The notes beneath the pieces were generated by a model that saw nothing but the letters and a program-made list of their open reading frames with translations, did not search any database and was not told the origin of the DNA. Position numbers and translations under genes: made by a program. Shown here piece after piece: positions 20,623 to 29,872 of a stretch of 64,000 nt of DNA. Position 1 is the stretch's first letter; each line of letters begins with the position of its first letter. Source of the DNA: Bdellovibrionales bacterium (GTDB lineage Bacteria > Bdellovibrionota > Bdellovibrionia > Bdellovibrionales > UBA1609); assembly GCA_965261545.1 (NCBI GenBank), contig CBDHDF010000002.1, positions 768,001-832,000 of the forward strand. Direction: 5' to 3'.

Positions 20623-21405
20623 CTAATGAACTTCTTTGGTTGAACTTTCCTCTTTGCTCTGTTTAGACTTGGCTTTTGCCGATTCGGTTCTCCAACTTTC
20701 TTTTCCTTCAATGTTGAGGGTTTCACAGTTGTGAATGATTCGATCAACAGCAGCAGCGGTGGTAATAGGGTTAAGAAACACCTTATCCCATTCAGAGTAT
20801 GTTAAGTTTGTAGTGATCATGAGACTTTTCCTTTCATATCGCTGAGATATGAATTGAAAGAAAAGATCTGCCCCCTCTGTGCAGGAAGCTGTATAGCCAA
20901 GTTCATCACAAGCAATAAGATCAAAACGGTCTAATTTCTTAAAAAGAGCATTCAATGAGAGTTCTTTCTTGCTTTCACGCATTGTTTCAATAAGTTCATG
21001 AGTGGTGACCCATAAACATCGATAGCCTTGTTCACAGAGTGAACGAACTAGGGACATGGCCAAATGACTTTTCCCCATTCCAAAGCTTCCGTAAAACACA
21101 ACATTACAGGCTTTTCTGACCCACTCTCCCTCTGCCATCCAATTAATTTGCTGAGCTGTCACTCCCGTTCTTTTCTGGAAGTTATAAGTTTGGAGTGATT
21201 TAAGTTGAGGAAGCTTGGCCCCCTTAAGCAATCTTTTCACTCTCTGGGAATGCTTGTCAGCAAGCTCATTTTGAACGAGTATACCTAAATACTGTTCATA
21301 CGTCTTTTTTGTTTTTTCGGCAACTCTAGCCGTTGCAACATATTCATCCGCCATCGCTGGAAGTCGGAGTTTTTTAAGAGAACCTATAAGTTCTTCGTGA
21401 TTCAT
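20623..21405 (-). CDS. istB: IS21 helper ATPase IstB
   Basis: GSFGMGKSH Walker A; CDELGY Walker B; RYERKSLMITTNL; AAVDRIIH. Confidence 0.93.
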   Translation of the reverse strand: MNHEELIGSLKKLRLPAMADEYVATARVAEKTKKTYEQYLGILVQNELADKHSQRVKRLLKGAKLPQLKSLQTYNFQKRTGVTAQQINWMAEGEWVRKACNVVFYGSFGMGKSHLAMSLVRSLCEQGYRCLWVTTHELIETMRESKKELSLNALFKKLDRFDLIACDELGYTASCTEGADLFFQFISQRYERKSLMITTNLTYSEWDKVFLNPITTAAAVDRIIHNCETLNIEGKESWRTESAKAKSKQSKEESSTKEVH

Positions 21406-21444
21406 TAAGAACCTCCTCATAGGTGTTCGTGGTTTTTTATTCTT

Positions 21445-22689
21445 TCATAGCAAGACCTTTTTAGCCATATTCATTGATGTTTTTCGCCGTCGGTAGTTTG
21501 TGTCATAAATTTCATGGGAGAATATCTTGATCTTCTCTATCAAAATATTTAAATACTTTTGAGATGAGCTTAGGAGATATTTGATAAAATCAGAGGCTAA
21601 TAAGACGGTAACCTTAGCAACTCTTTGAAACGATGTGGAGTCATTTTGTTCCTTATTGAGTTTAGTTCTTCCTATCCTCAAAACAACACTTGATGTGAGG
21701 TGAGCCGCTAATGAAGCAAGAAGAAGACTCTCTATGATATTTTGATCGTTTGAGGTGATCTGATTTGCATTCAAAGAATTCTTACAAGATTTGAAAATAA
21801 GTTCACATTGCCAACGTAAACGATAAATTGGATATATGGACTCCGCTGCCACATCTAAATTCGTGCAATACCAATGATAGCGTTTTTCGGAGGAATTCCA
21901 GAAGCCTACAATTCTCAAACTTACCCATTTACCATTGGACAAGACACTGCCTATAAATTCAACAACATCGTTTTTTTTCTTGAGTTTAATATCAGAGAAC
22001 TCTTTTCCAACATAGTAATCTGGCAAACCTTCAACAACAGCATCAATAAGAATAGAGGCATTTGACTTTACTCTAGACAAGAAAAATCCTTTAGCTTCAT
22101 GAATAGATGACAATAAGCCATAGTCCCAATATCCCAAATCAAAGATGACTAATTTTCCAACGAGTTCCTTTATATCAGGAAAGCACTTCCTATCGTTAGT
22201 GGAAGACGGAGTTAATTCGAACCAAGTCATTATACCACTGAATAAACTGAAACAAGCGTGCCATTTAATTCCTGCGTTTGTTCTTGTCCCTGGAAAATTC
22301 TCAGATGCTCCATCCCAAAGGCTTATTGTGCTTGAGTCAACAAGAAGAACGTCTGAGACTCCCAGTTGTAATAATATGGCTTTGCTCCCATGAAAAGCTC
22401 CATGAGATAGCTTTATCATGAGCATTTCAACCAGTTTACTCAGAAGCTCTTTTAATCTTTTTCTAGAGAGTCTTTCCCAGAAGCTGTGTCTTTCAATTCT
22501 TAATCCTAAATGACTTATCATAAACCTCCTAATTCCCTCTATTGAATATGTCTTAGAGTCTCCCTGGAATGACAAGACAAGAGCCACAATAAACTCAAGA
22601 GGTGGAATGGTTGCCCGAGAGTCCTTTTCAGGAATAACTTTCTTGAAACATTTTTTGATCGTTTTAAGTGTTTGAGCTTCCGTGCTCAT
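21445..22689 (-). CDS. IS4-family DDE transposase
   Basis: VDSST, FDLGY and YRLRWQCELIFK (YREK signature). Confidence 0.92.
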   Translation of the reverse strand: MSTEAQTLKTIKKCFKKVIPEKDSRATIPPLEFIVALVLSFQGDSKTYSIEGIRRFMISHLGLRIERHSFWERLSRKRLKELLSKLVEMLMIKLSHGAFHGSKAILLQLGVSDVLLVDSSTISLWDGASENFPGTRTNAGIKWHACFSLFSGIMTWFELTPSSTNDRKCFPDIKELVGKLVIFDLGYWDYGLLSSIHEAKGFFLSRVKSNASILIDAVVEGLPDYYVGKEFSDIKLKKKNDVVEFIGSVLSNGKWVSLRIVGFWNSSEKRYHWYCTNLDVAAESIYPIYRLRWQCELIFKSCKNSLNANQITSNDQNIIESLLLASLAAHLTSSVVLRIGRTKLNKEQNDSTSFQRVAKVTVLLASDFIKYLLSSSQKYLNILIEKIKIFSHEIYDTNYRRRKTSMNMAKKVLL

Positions 22690-22794
22690 ATTTGCCCCCT
22701 GCGTTTAAAAAATAAAAATTTCCTCCAATTAATCTTGACCTATTAAGATACTAACGCGAGAATCATTAAGTCTGTAGATAACTCACTTGTATCT

Positions 22795-23259
22795 ATGCGG
22801 ATTCATTGTATTCGACAGGAGCAAAAAATAGCAATGATTTTTGGACTTTTAATATTACTTTCTTTGGGATCCTTTATATCTCTTCTTATTTCCTTATTGG
22901 TATTTGGATTTGGTTATTTACTGGCACTCATCCTCCCATTAACTCAGATGCAAGCATCTTCTTTGTTTTTTGCTTCACTCACACTTTTGGTTCTTACATG
23001 TATTTTTATGATGCTCATATCTCAATTTAAAAATCGTTACTTTCACCAGAATCTAGGAGATATTCTTTTTGATAATTTGGATGAGGATTTGGAAGATGAA
23101 AAGCAAAAAAAAATTGTAACTGAAGATATGTCTGCATCACAGCAGAAAAATGACCAAAGCGAAAAAATTGGAAGAAATCAATCCTGTCCATGCGGAAGTG
23201 GAAAGAAATTTAAATTCTGTTGTTCCCAAAAGTCCACAGTTCTTTCGTTACACAATTAA
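22795..23259 (+). CDS. membrane protein with C-terminal SEC-C motif (IS4 passenger)
   Basis: N-terminal TM helices; acidic linker; KIGRNQSCPCGSGKKFKFCC. Confidence 0.8.
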   Translation: MRIHCIRQEQKIAMIFGLLILLSLGSFISLLISLLVFGFGYLLALILPLTQMQASSLFFASLTLLVLTCIFMMLISQFKNRYFHQNLGDILFDNLDEDLEDEKQKKIVTEDMSASQQKNDQSEKIGRNQSCPCGSGKKFKFCCSQKSTVLSLHN

Positions 23260-23327
23260 GTCTCTTAAAACACATGGCTTGTCGTGGATATCAAATGTCA
23301 ATCTGCGTCCATTTCTCAAAATACCAT

Positions 23328-24899
23328 CTATAAATATTTATAAATCGCCCACTTCCCTCTATGTAAAAAAGGAGGCTTGAAAAGTATTTCCATTAATTCG
23401 GAATTAAAATTAGAAAAAAACCACGAACACCTATGAGAACCTCCTATGTTTGGAACAAGACTGTCATATTGAGACAATCTAGGTTGAAGTGGTTTTTGTT
23501 GGTCATTCAAATTAATTTTGGTGGGATTTCCTAAGAGCAAATCTTTTATGGATTTAAAGTCGAAAATCTCACGACTTTCTAATTGAAGCTCCATGGCTGT
23601 AGATAAGTCCTGCCAACTCACATGCTGAATCAAGTTGATAACTCTTAAATATTCATGCTCGGCACGGCTTGAATCTTGTTGCTTGAGGTATTGATAAAAA
23701 TTTTCAAACACATTTGTTGGAAAAAGAATGGATCGGTGAGCCCATCTTACCATGGCTTGCGGCTTACGAACTAAAGAGGGAAGGATATGTTCAAGAAGAA
23801 GACTATGCTCCCCATCAGGTTTTCTTTGATGGCGAGCGACAATTTCTTGCTTCCCTCCTGCACGATAGATCGTGACATGATAGGGACCCTGTACGGTTTT
23901 ACAGGGAGATTGGATCACCTCATCAGGTATGGAATATGTGGTTTTACCTATTCTCAAAGTCCCATAACCATTACTTTGACAAATATTCACCTTACAGAGA
24001 ATATCTTCATCTCGTGGAGGCAAAGGCTTAAGAACTTTGGCCTCCTCCTCAAAGCGAGATTTGGTGGAGTCACTCTGATGCTGATCCATATAAGACTCTA
24101 AAAACTGATTCAAATGATCCCAGTCTTTAAAAACAATTCCTTTGTTTCTAACAATATTTTTTATCCGAGAACTGAAGGTTCGAATATCACGCTCCACATC
24201 TCCCTTGTCAGAGCCCTTCCCTGCGCGGCAGGGAAGAACCTTAAATCCATAGTATTGGATGGCTCGATCAAAAGATTGGGTGTAAATTCGCTGATTTCCT
24301 TTAAGAACTTTCTTCACACAGGGAGATAAATTATCAATACGGATGTTCGCACTCATCCCACCTATCTTTTCAAAAAAAGCATGCACCCCATCGATGAAAC
24401 ACTCATAGACAAGAAAGGGGTAGGCACGAACCCAACAGGTGCCACTACAAGGCAATGTTCCAAAATGGAGATGAACGATCTGAACACCATCGGCAAATGG
24501 TAAAGCAACCTTCTCCTTAAAATCAAACTGAGCCTGTTCTCCAGGATCATATCTTTGGCTGAAAAAACGCTCCTTGGGGCGAGAACCAAGAATCTCACAA
24601 ACTCTTCTCTGAACCGTTCTCTCACTCCCACGATAACCCTCCTCAACTAATAGCTCATATATTTCACGGGCGGTGTTACTTGGGTTCAACTTCAAAAAGT
24701 ACTTCACCCGATCCATATATCCATTAAGGGGATCTGGGCGAGTTCTTTTGGACCTCGCCTTGTACTTCGGTGGGGTGTTGGACTCACAGTACTTGCGCAC
24801 CGTCTTACGATTGATCCCTAATTCACGAGATATTTCTGTCTTATTTTTACCACTGTGACTCAGGTCACGAATGCGGCCGAAAGTGTATTGACTAATCAT
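23328..24899 (-). CDS. istA: IS21 transposase IstA (stop codon displaced by IS4; reads 35 aa into it)
   Basis: N-terminal HTH (ISRELGINRKTVRKY); PGEQAQFDF, IDN and KGDVER DDE motifs; ATG at 24899 after GAGGAGG. Confidence 0.9.
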   Translation of the reverse strand: MISQYTFGRIRDLSHSGKNKTEISRELGINRKTVRKYCESNTPPKYKARSKRTRPDPLNGYMDRVKYFLKLNPSNTAREIYELLVEEGYRGSERTVQRRVCEILGSRPKERFFSQRYDPGEQAQFDFKEKVALPFADGVQIVHLHFGTLPCSGTCWVRAYPFLVYECFIDGVHAFFEKIGGMSANIRIDNLSPCVKKVLKGNQRIYTQSFDRAIQYYGFKVLPCRAGKGSDKGDVERDIRTFSSRIKNIVRNKGIVFKDWDHLNQFLESYMDQHQSDSTKSRFEEEAKVLKPLPPRDEDILCKVNICQSNGYGTLRIGKTTYSIPDEVIQSPCKTVQGPYHVTIYRAGGKQEIVARHQRKPDGEHSLLLEHILPSLVRKPQAMVRWAHRSILFPTNVFENFYQYLKQQDSSRAEHEYLRVINLIQHVSWQDLSTAMELQLESREIFDFKSIKDLLLGNPTKINLNDQQKPLQPRLSQYDSLVPNIGGSHRCSWFFSNFNSELMEILFKPPFLHRGKWAIYKYL

Positions 24900-25024
24900 A
24901 AGATCCTCCTCATTGCTAACCTTTTGAGTTGCAAAAGGGAGGAACTCTGTGAGCTTAGTATCTATATCAGAAGAAGAGACTTCATTGTCTAGTATTTGAA
25001 CACTCCCTGAAGATTGGTCACTTT

Positions 25025-25399
25025 TCATTGGCGACAACCTCCATATTGAAAGTGGGACATTTTAATTGGCGACGGCTTTAAGGGAAGCCTGTCTTCAGAA
25101 AGAAATTCCATGAAAATTGAGGCAAATGTTGGAATCTTGTGGAATTTAAATACTTTAGAAAATGGGCACAGCCTAAACAGGCTTTTCTTGACTATATATT
25201 TAACCTCATTGAAATCCAGAAACAGTCTACAAATGAGAAATATGGAACCTGAATAGGCTGTCATGGAAGGACTCTCCAACACGGAGCCCCTTTCCAGGTC
25301 GACAAGAACCCAAAAGGAGTTCTTATCAGCTCGGAGCCTTTTTATGAGTAATATCAATTGATTATATGCGTCTCGGTTGACAATGCCAAAAATCACCAT
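25025..25399 (-). CDS. hypothetical protein within IS21 left end
   Basis: 124-aa ORF preceded by a strong RBS GAGGAGG; no recognisable motif. Confidence 0.45.
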   Translation of the reverse strand: MVIFGIVNRDAYNQLILLIKRLRADKNSFWVLVDLERGSVLESPSMTAYSGSIFLICRLFLDFNEVKYIVKKSLFRLCPFSKVFKFHKIPTFASIFMEFLSEDRLPLKPSPIKMSHFQYGGCRQ

Positions 25400-25456
25400 A
25401 GGTCCTCCTCTGAAAAGTGGCCACTTTTCATTGGCGACGGTGGGGCATTTTAATTG

Positions 25457-26011
25457 TCAGCTAACATCTGTGACAAAAGCATCGGACTTCATATGATATT
25501 CAAAGTCTTCCATTGTGAATCCATAGGACTTCACAATGTGAGCTATTTTGTCTGAATGAAGTTCAACTCGGCCATTTTCAATGAAGCAAATGGCTGTCTT
25601 GTGATAACCACAAACAAGGCTGGCTTTGCGTTGACTGAATCTTTTGAGCTTCCTTAAAACCTTTAAGACCTGAGCTTCTTTGGTGATGATCCGTTTGTTA
25701 AAGCGTCGCTCCCTATTGTTACCAATACCCCTCTTATTGTTACCAATGATCTGTGCTTTTTTGTGACAAAATCTCTTTTGAATTTGTTCACTTTTGCCCT
25801 CACGACATGACAAAAAGTCCTCGTAGGTAAGGTCATAAGCCTTCACCGTTTTTTCAATTCGGCTCCGGTGCAGGATGGCCCTCCCACTCTCAAGTTTTGC
25901 AATCGTCTTATGGTTTAAGCCCAAAAGAACACCTGCTTCTTTACGGCTTAAGTCCCGAATTTCACGCAACACCTTCAGGGTAAGTGCGTCAATCTTTCCG
26001 TCGTTTCCCAT
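25457..26011 (-). CDS. tandem XRE-type HTH protein, 3' end truncated by IS21
   Basis: Two HTH_3-like units (LSRKEAG...IAKLESG and FSQRKAS...ICFIENG); AGGAGG RBS before ATG 26011; last codons run into the IS21 terminus. Confidence 0.78.
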   Translation of the reverse strand: MGNDGKIDALTLKVLREIRDLSRKEAGVLLGLNHKTIAKLESGRAILHRSRIEKTVKAYDLTYEDFLSCREGKSEQIQKRFCHKKAQIIGNNKRGIGNNRERRFNKRIITKEAQVLKVLRKLKRFSQRKASLVCGYHKTAICFIENGRVELHSDKIAHIVKSYGFTMEDFEYHMKSDAFVTDVS

Positions 26012-26343
26012 TGCTTGCCTCCTTGGGGTTAAGATTCGTAGCCCCTGTTGTGCAATCCCCTGCCTCACTGAAAAGTATCCATTTCTGCTAGGCGGGTGTT
26101 GCAAATTTTTGTTAGAGAATTCAGTTGGTTAGGAAGAAAATGCTGCTACGATACCCTGAAAAAATGACCCTGCTACGGTCTTAGCCAAACACTTAGCCAA
26201 AATTAGCAAATGGTGGAAATTTTGGGGAATGCTGAGAAATGTCATAGAGAATGAGTGAGAGCTAACTCATTGAAACCATTTGATAGTTATTTCAAATAGT
26301 TAAGTCTGATTTCAAAAATCTGCAAAAAACCATTGCCGAATTT

Positions 26344-26618
26344 TGTGGGGAGAAAGAAGTTCTGGAGGGGACTCCAGTGGTTTTTATAAATGTCATTCAT
26401 TAAAGGAACTAGCCTTGGATCTTCAAACCTCTCATAGCCAAACAATTCTCTGACGTGGGTGAAATTTTTTTGCTCAATGTAGCAGTTGTCATTCTTTTTG
26501 TAGGGGCGAGAACGAGTGAACTTGATGTTAGATAATTGGGTGAATTGAAGGACAGGCTTGTTTAAGAACTCACTTCCTGAGTCTGAGTTCATGGCCAGTA
26601 GTTTAAAAGGTATAGCTT
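26344..26618 (-). pseudogene. middle (catalytic) fragment of outer IS transposase
   Basis: IPFKLLAMNSDSGSEF...RSRPYKKNDNCYIEQKN...NFFLPT matches the 57554-58699 protein. Confidence 0.9.
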
Positions 26619-28517
26619 CCTGAAATCCCTAAAAGTTGTAACTAGGTGTAGGACTTAAGTCCTGATTATTGTCTGAGAAGGCCTTCACTTTGATTAAGAG
26701 ATTGTCATCTCTTCAAAAGCATAGTTACAATATTAACGATGTCATACACTTTTGAGCAAAAAAATAAGGGAAAAACCTATGTCTATAAAGTTGAAAGCTT
26801 TTGGGACAAGGAAAAAAAGCAGGCCAGGCAAAAACGCATCTACCTTGGAAGAAAGGATGAGTTTACAGGTCAAATTAAGACCAAAAGAAAAAAGATTCCC
26901 ATAGGCTCCTATAATGTGGGAGCCTTATTTTTCTTAGAGAAAATATGCGAACAACTAAATCTTCTAAAAACATTGTCTAAAATTTATCCAGATAATTACG
27001 AACATTATTTGCATTTAGCTTTTTTTAAAATAATCAAAAGAGAGCCCTTTTATCTTTACGATATGTGGTGTCAAGAAGCTTATGTTTCAAAGAAAAATTT
27101 TATGTCGTCACAAAAAATAAGCAATCTCTTATGTGATCTTGGGAGAGATCAAAAAAAGATAGAATCTTTCTTTAGCGAATGGATAAGTCAAGTGAAGGGT
27201 TCTGGTACGGTAATGTTTGACATCACATCCTTTTCTTCCTACTCTATGAATAATGAATTTTTAGAGAAAGGTTACAACAGAGATGGAGAGAATCTCGAAC
27301 AGATAAACTTAGGTCTGATAAGTAGGAAATCTGAAGACAATAAAACTCATACGCCTATAGCGTACAGAATCTATCCTGGAAGTATACCGGATGTCAAAAC
27401 TTTATCGAAGATTATTGAGATCATAACAAGTTATAAATTAGATTTAGATTGTTTAGTTATGGATAAGGGTTTTTCTAGTGTAGAAAATATTAAGGGACTG
27501 CATCGTAAGGAATTGAAGTATTTGATACCCATGAGTTTTAGAACAAAACTCTCAAGAGAGCTTTCTGTGGCTTTAAATGAGAAAATAAAATCTCCATCAT
27601 GCTCTTTTACTTTTAATGAGGAAATTTATTCGCATTGCAAAGAATCAATAAAAATCGGAGGATTTGATTGTACGGCTCATATTTTCTTAGACAAAGAAAG
27701 AAGGGTTTATGAGGAATCTGTGTTAATGAAAGAGTTGCTTGATTTTATGAAACTCTTTCTTGAGAAAGATTTGAAATCAGAAGAACAAGCTAGTTCCTAT
27801 ATGAAAGAAACTTTAGGAAATAAAAAAAGGTTTCTCAATATCTCTGATTGCACTCCATTTAAGATTTCTTTAAATGAAGAAAATATTAATGAAGAATCTT
27901 CTACGCTGGGTATTATGATATTAATTACAAATAGTCATGATTTAAAGAAAACAGATATATTGAGTTTATATCGAAACAAAGATATCATTGAGAAAGTATT
28001 TTTCTCATTCAAGCATGATATTAATGGAAGGAGAAGTCGAGTTCATTCTCTCATGAATATGAGGGGAAGCATCTTTATTAATTTTCTCTCTTTAATTTTA
28101 ATTTCACATATTGATACTGTTATGAAAGATAAGAAGTTATATAAAAAAATGTCTAAAATAGAAATTTACAAAATGATGGACCGATTAAAATTTTATGAAT
28201 TAGCTACAGGTGATCTGATGCTTGGAGAGCTGTCTAAAAAACAAAAGGATATTTTTTCAGCCTTCCAAATAGATGGGCTTCCCAAGACAAAATGATGTTT
28301 TTTATCTGTTTCAAATGTGACGGTGGCTGTGGCTACCACTATGCCTCATCTATCCAATGGAGACGAAGAGGACCTTTCGCAGCAAATTCTTATGAATCAT
28401 ATTAAATATATTAATACTATTAAACCTCTCAAACCGTTGACAGCAGCCAATTCCATAGGAAGAGAGGAAAGTTAACGCAATACATTAAACCTAGTTACAA
28501 CTTTTAGGGATTTCAGG
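26619..28517 (+). mobile_element. IS1634-family element (1899 bp)
   Basis: Perfect 29-bp IRs CCTGAAATCCCTAAAAGTTGTAACTAGGT; 6-bp duplication TAGCTT (26613-26618, 28518-28523). Confidence 0.92.
26739..28295 (+). CDS. IS1634-family transposase
   Basis: YVYKVESFWDKEKK N-terminus; FDITS, GYNRD, MDKGF and YRNKDIIEKVF motifs. Confidence 0.88.
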   Translation: MSYTFEQKNKGKTYVYKVESFWDKEKKQARQKRIYLGRKDEFTGQIKTKRKKIPIGSYNVGALFFLEKICEQLNLLKTLSKIYPDNYEHYLHLAFFKIIKREPFYLYDMWCQEAYVSKKNFMSSQKISNLLCDLGRDQKKIESFFSEWISQVKGSGTVMFDITSFSSYSMNNEFLEKGYNRDGENLEQINLGLISRKSEDNKTHTPIAYRIYPGSIPDVKTLSKIIEIITSYKLDLDCLVMDKGFSSVENIKGLHRKELKYLIPMSFRTKLSRELSVALNEKIKSPSCSFTFNEEIYSHCKESIKIGGFDCTAHIFLDKERRVYEESVLMKELLDFMKLFLEKDLKSEEQASSYMKETLGNKKRFLNISDCTPFKISLNEENINEESSTLGIMILITNSHDLKKTDILSLYRNKDIIEKVFFSFKHDINGRRSRVHSLMNMRGSIFINFLSLILISHIDTVMKDKKLYKKMSKIEIYKMMDRLKFYELATGDLMLGELSKKQKDIFSAFQIDGLPKTK

Positions 28518-29177
28518 TAGCTTGGTTAATGTTGTTGATTTGCCTTCTCACCTCCGTCCCTTTCTTGGTAAACATAGCCCGACACTCTGTCCATGTGGTG
28601 TTAATGTCGGTCACTGTAAGAGAGCTGATAAAAGGGCCTTGGGCACTGGTTCCACAGTGAGCAACCGTATCTGTTTGTATATAACCAGGCCTTGTGACCT
28701 TGGAGTCCAGTGTATTGATGGGAACCTTATTTTTCATATATTGGGCAGGACAGGTTGTGGACAATCCCTTAGAGACCAATGAAGCCAAGCGAATTTCCTT
28801 CAGATAACGCTTCAAGGTGCTGGCACTCATTTTTTCTAACTGAAGCTTTAAGTGGGGAGGACACGACTCATAATTGGGGAGCCAATCCGGTAGAGCGGCT
28901 TTTATTCGTACAGCCGAGATTTTTTCCATTTGTTCCCACAAATATTTGATGTGGGGTCGTAACTCCTCTTGAGAATAAGCCAGAGGCCTCCCCGACCGCT
29001 TGAGTGGCACAGAGCCATTTATTTTGTTGAATCTCGTTTAATCTCCTTGAGTCGCTTCCTAGAGAGGTTTGTGACCAGTTCCGCATGATCTAGCAACTCC
29101 CCTTTTTTAGCCTTAGAACTTTGTTGATATAAGCCTGAAATTGCAGTTAAGTAAGCATTAACAGCCGACTCCCTCAC
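28518..29177 (-). pseudogene. N-terminal fragment of outer IS transposase (frameshifted near 29010-29050)
   Basis: YLTAISGLYQQSSKAKKGELLD and, in another frame, MSASTLKRYL...PGYIQTDTVAHCG align with the intact relative; GTG at 29177 follows GAGGGGG. Confidence 0.85.
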
Positions 29178-29524
29178 TGAAGACCCCCTCGTTGATTGTT
29201 TGTTTCCAAAGATCAATCTTACTGAGAGGATCAACAGAGGGGTAGCTCGGCTGATCTGTTTTAGAAGGCGTAACAACCGGTGTCTTATTGAGTGAGGGAG
29301 TCTCCTCAACGCACATTTTTGACTCAAAAAGAGAAAAGTGGGAACTCGGTGTCGGAATAATGAGCCAGCCAGGTGGAGGACCATAACCCGGGCACCACGA
29401 AGGTGTTTTAATGTGATGCGTCTTGGTGTCGTTATTTTTGACCCAATTCGCTCTCCACCCAAACTCAAGTGCACAAGTAAATTATATTTGACTTTTGGCA
29501 AGAACAGCCTTAGAGTTACTTATT

Positions 29525-29851
29525 ATGATCAAAATTTCAGAGACAGCTGCCAATAGAATAGAGTTCATTAAAACCGAGGAAGATCATTCTGATGATACCT
29601 TTTTGCGTGTTCATGTGAAGCGTGGTGGGTGCTCAGGCTTTTCCTATAAAATGGACTTTGACCATGAATTGAAAGATGGTGACAAGGTCTTCAAAGATCG
29701 AGATGTCCAACTTGTGGTTGATTCTCAGAGCCTTCTTTACATTCTTGGTATGACTCTGGATTATGAGGGTGGTCTTAATGGACAAGGTTTTGTCTTTTCA
29801 AACCCCAATGCCACAAAGACCTGTGGTTGTGGTTCAAGTTTTGCCGTCTAA
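29525..29851 (+). CDS. A-type Fe-S carrier protein (IscA/ErpA/HesB family)
   Basis: GGCSGFSY and NPNATKTCGCGSSF motifs. Confidence 0.93.
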   Translation: MIKISETAANRIEFIKTEEDHSDDTFLRVHVKRGGCSGFSYKMDFDHELKDGDKVFKDRDVQLVVDSQSLLYILGMTLDYEGGLNGQGFVFSNPNATKTCGCGSSFAV

Positions 29852-29872
29852 CCCCTTTATATTTATGAGGTC

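Larger units (their letters stand above)
21418..23435 (-). mobile_element. IS4-family element with passenger gene (2018 bp)
   Basis: Perfect 21-bp IRs CATAGGTGTTCGTGGTTTTTT; 10-bp target duplication AGAACCTCCT at 21408-21417 and 23436-23445. Confidence 0.93.
20193..25466 (-). mobile_element. IS21-family element (istA-istB) containing a nested IS4
   Basis: TG...CA termini; IRs TGTTAGGCGCCAATTAAAATTGGCCA and (revcomp) TGTTAGCTGACAATTAAAATGCCCCA; multiple subterminal repeats; no flanking duplication seen. Confidence 0.88.
15356..26343. mobile_element. tyrosine-integrase integrative element (about 11 kb including nested ISs)
   Basis: Removing it (with one TG copy) restores the host transposase frame NFFLPT-FKLQEK; int-xis at one end; shared short repeats near both ends. 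Confidence 0.85.
15066..29450 (-). mobile_element. outer IS element (rve-type DDE transposase, unclassified/ISNCY-like), disrupted by nested insertions; about 1.49 kb when they are removed
   Basis: Imperfect terminal IRs CGTATTGGGTCATAAGTAAACGACACCAAG and CTTGGTGTCGTTATTTTTGACCCAATTCG; 4-bp flanking duplication CTCT (15062-15065, 29451-29454); transposase pieces reassemble collinearly with 57554-58699. Confidence 0.88.

Noticed and set aside
29178..29501. N-terminal two-thirds of ORF 29019-29501 as a real protein
   Set aside because: Runs across the IS terminus and end repeats; only the part from GTG 29177 matches the transposase.
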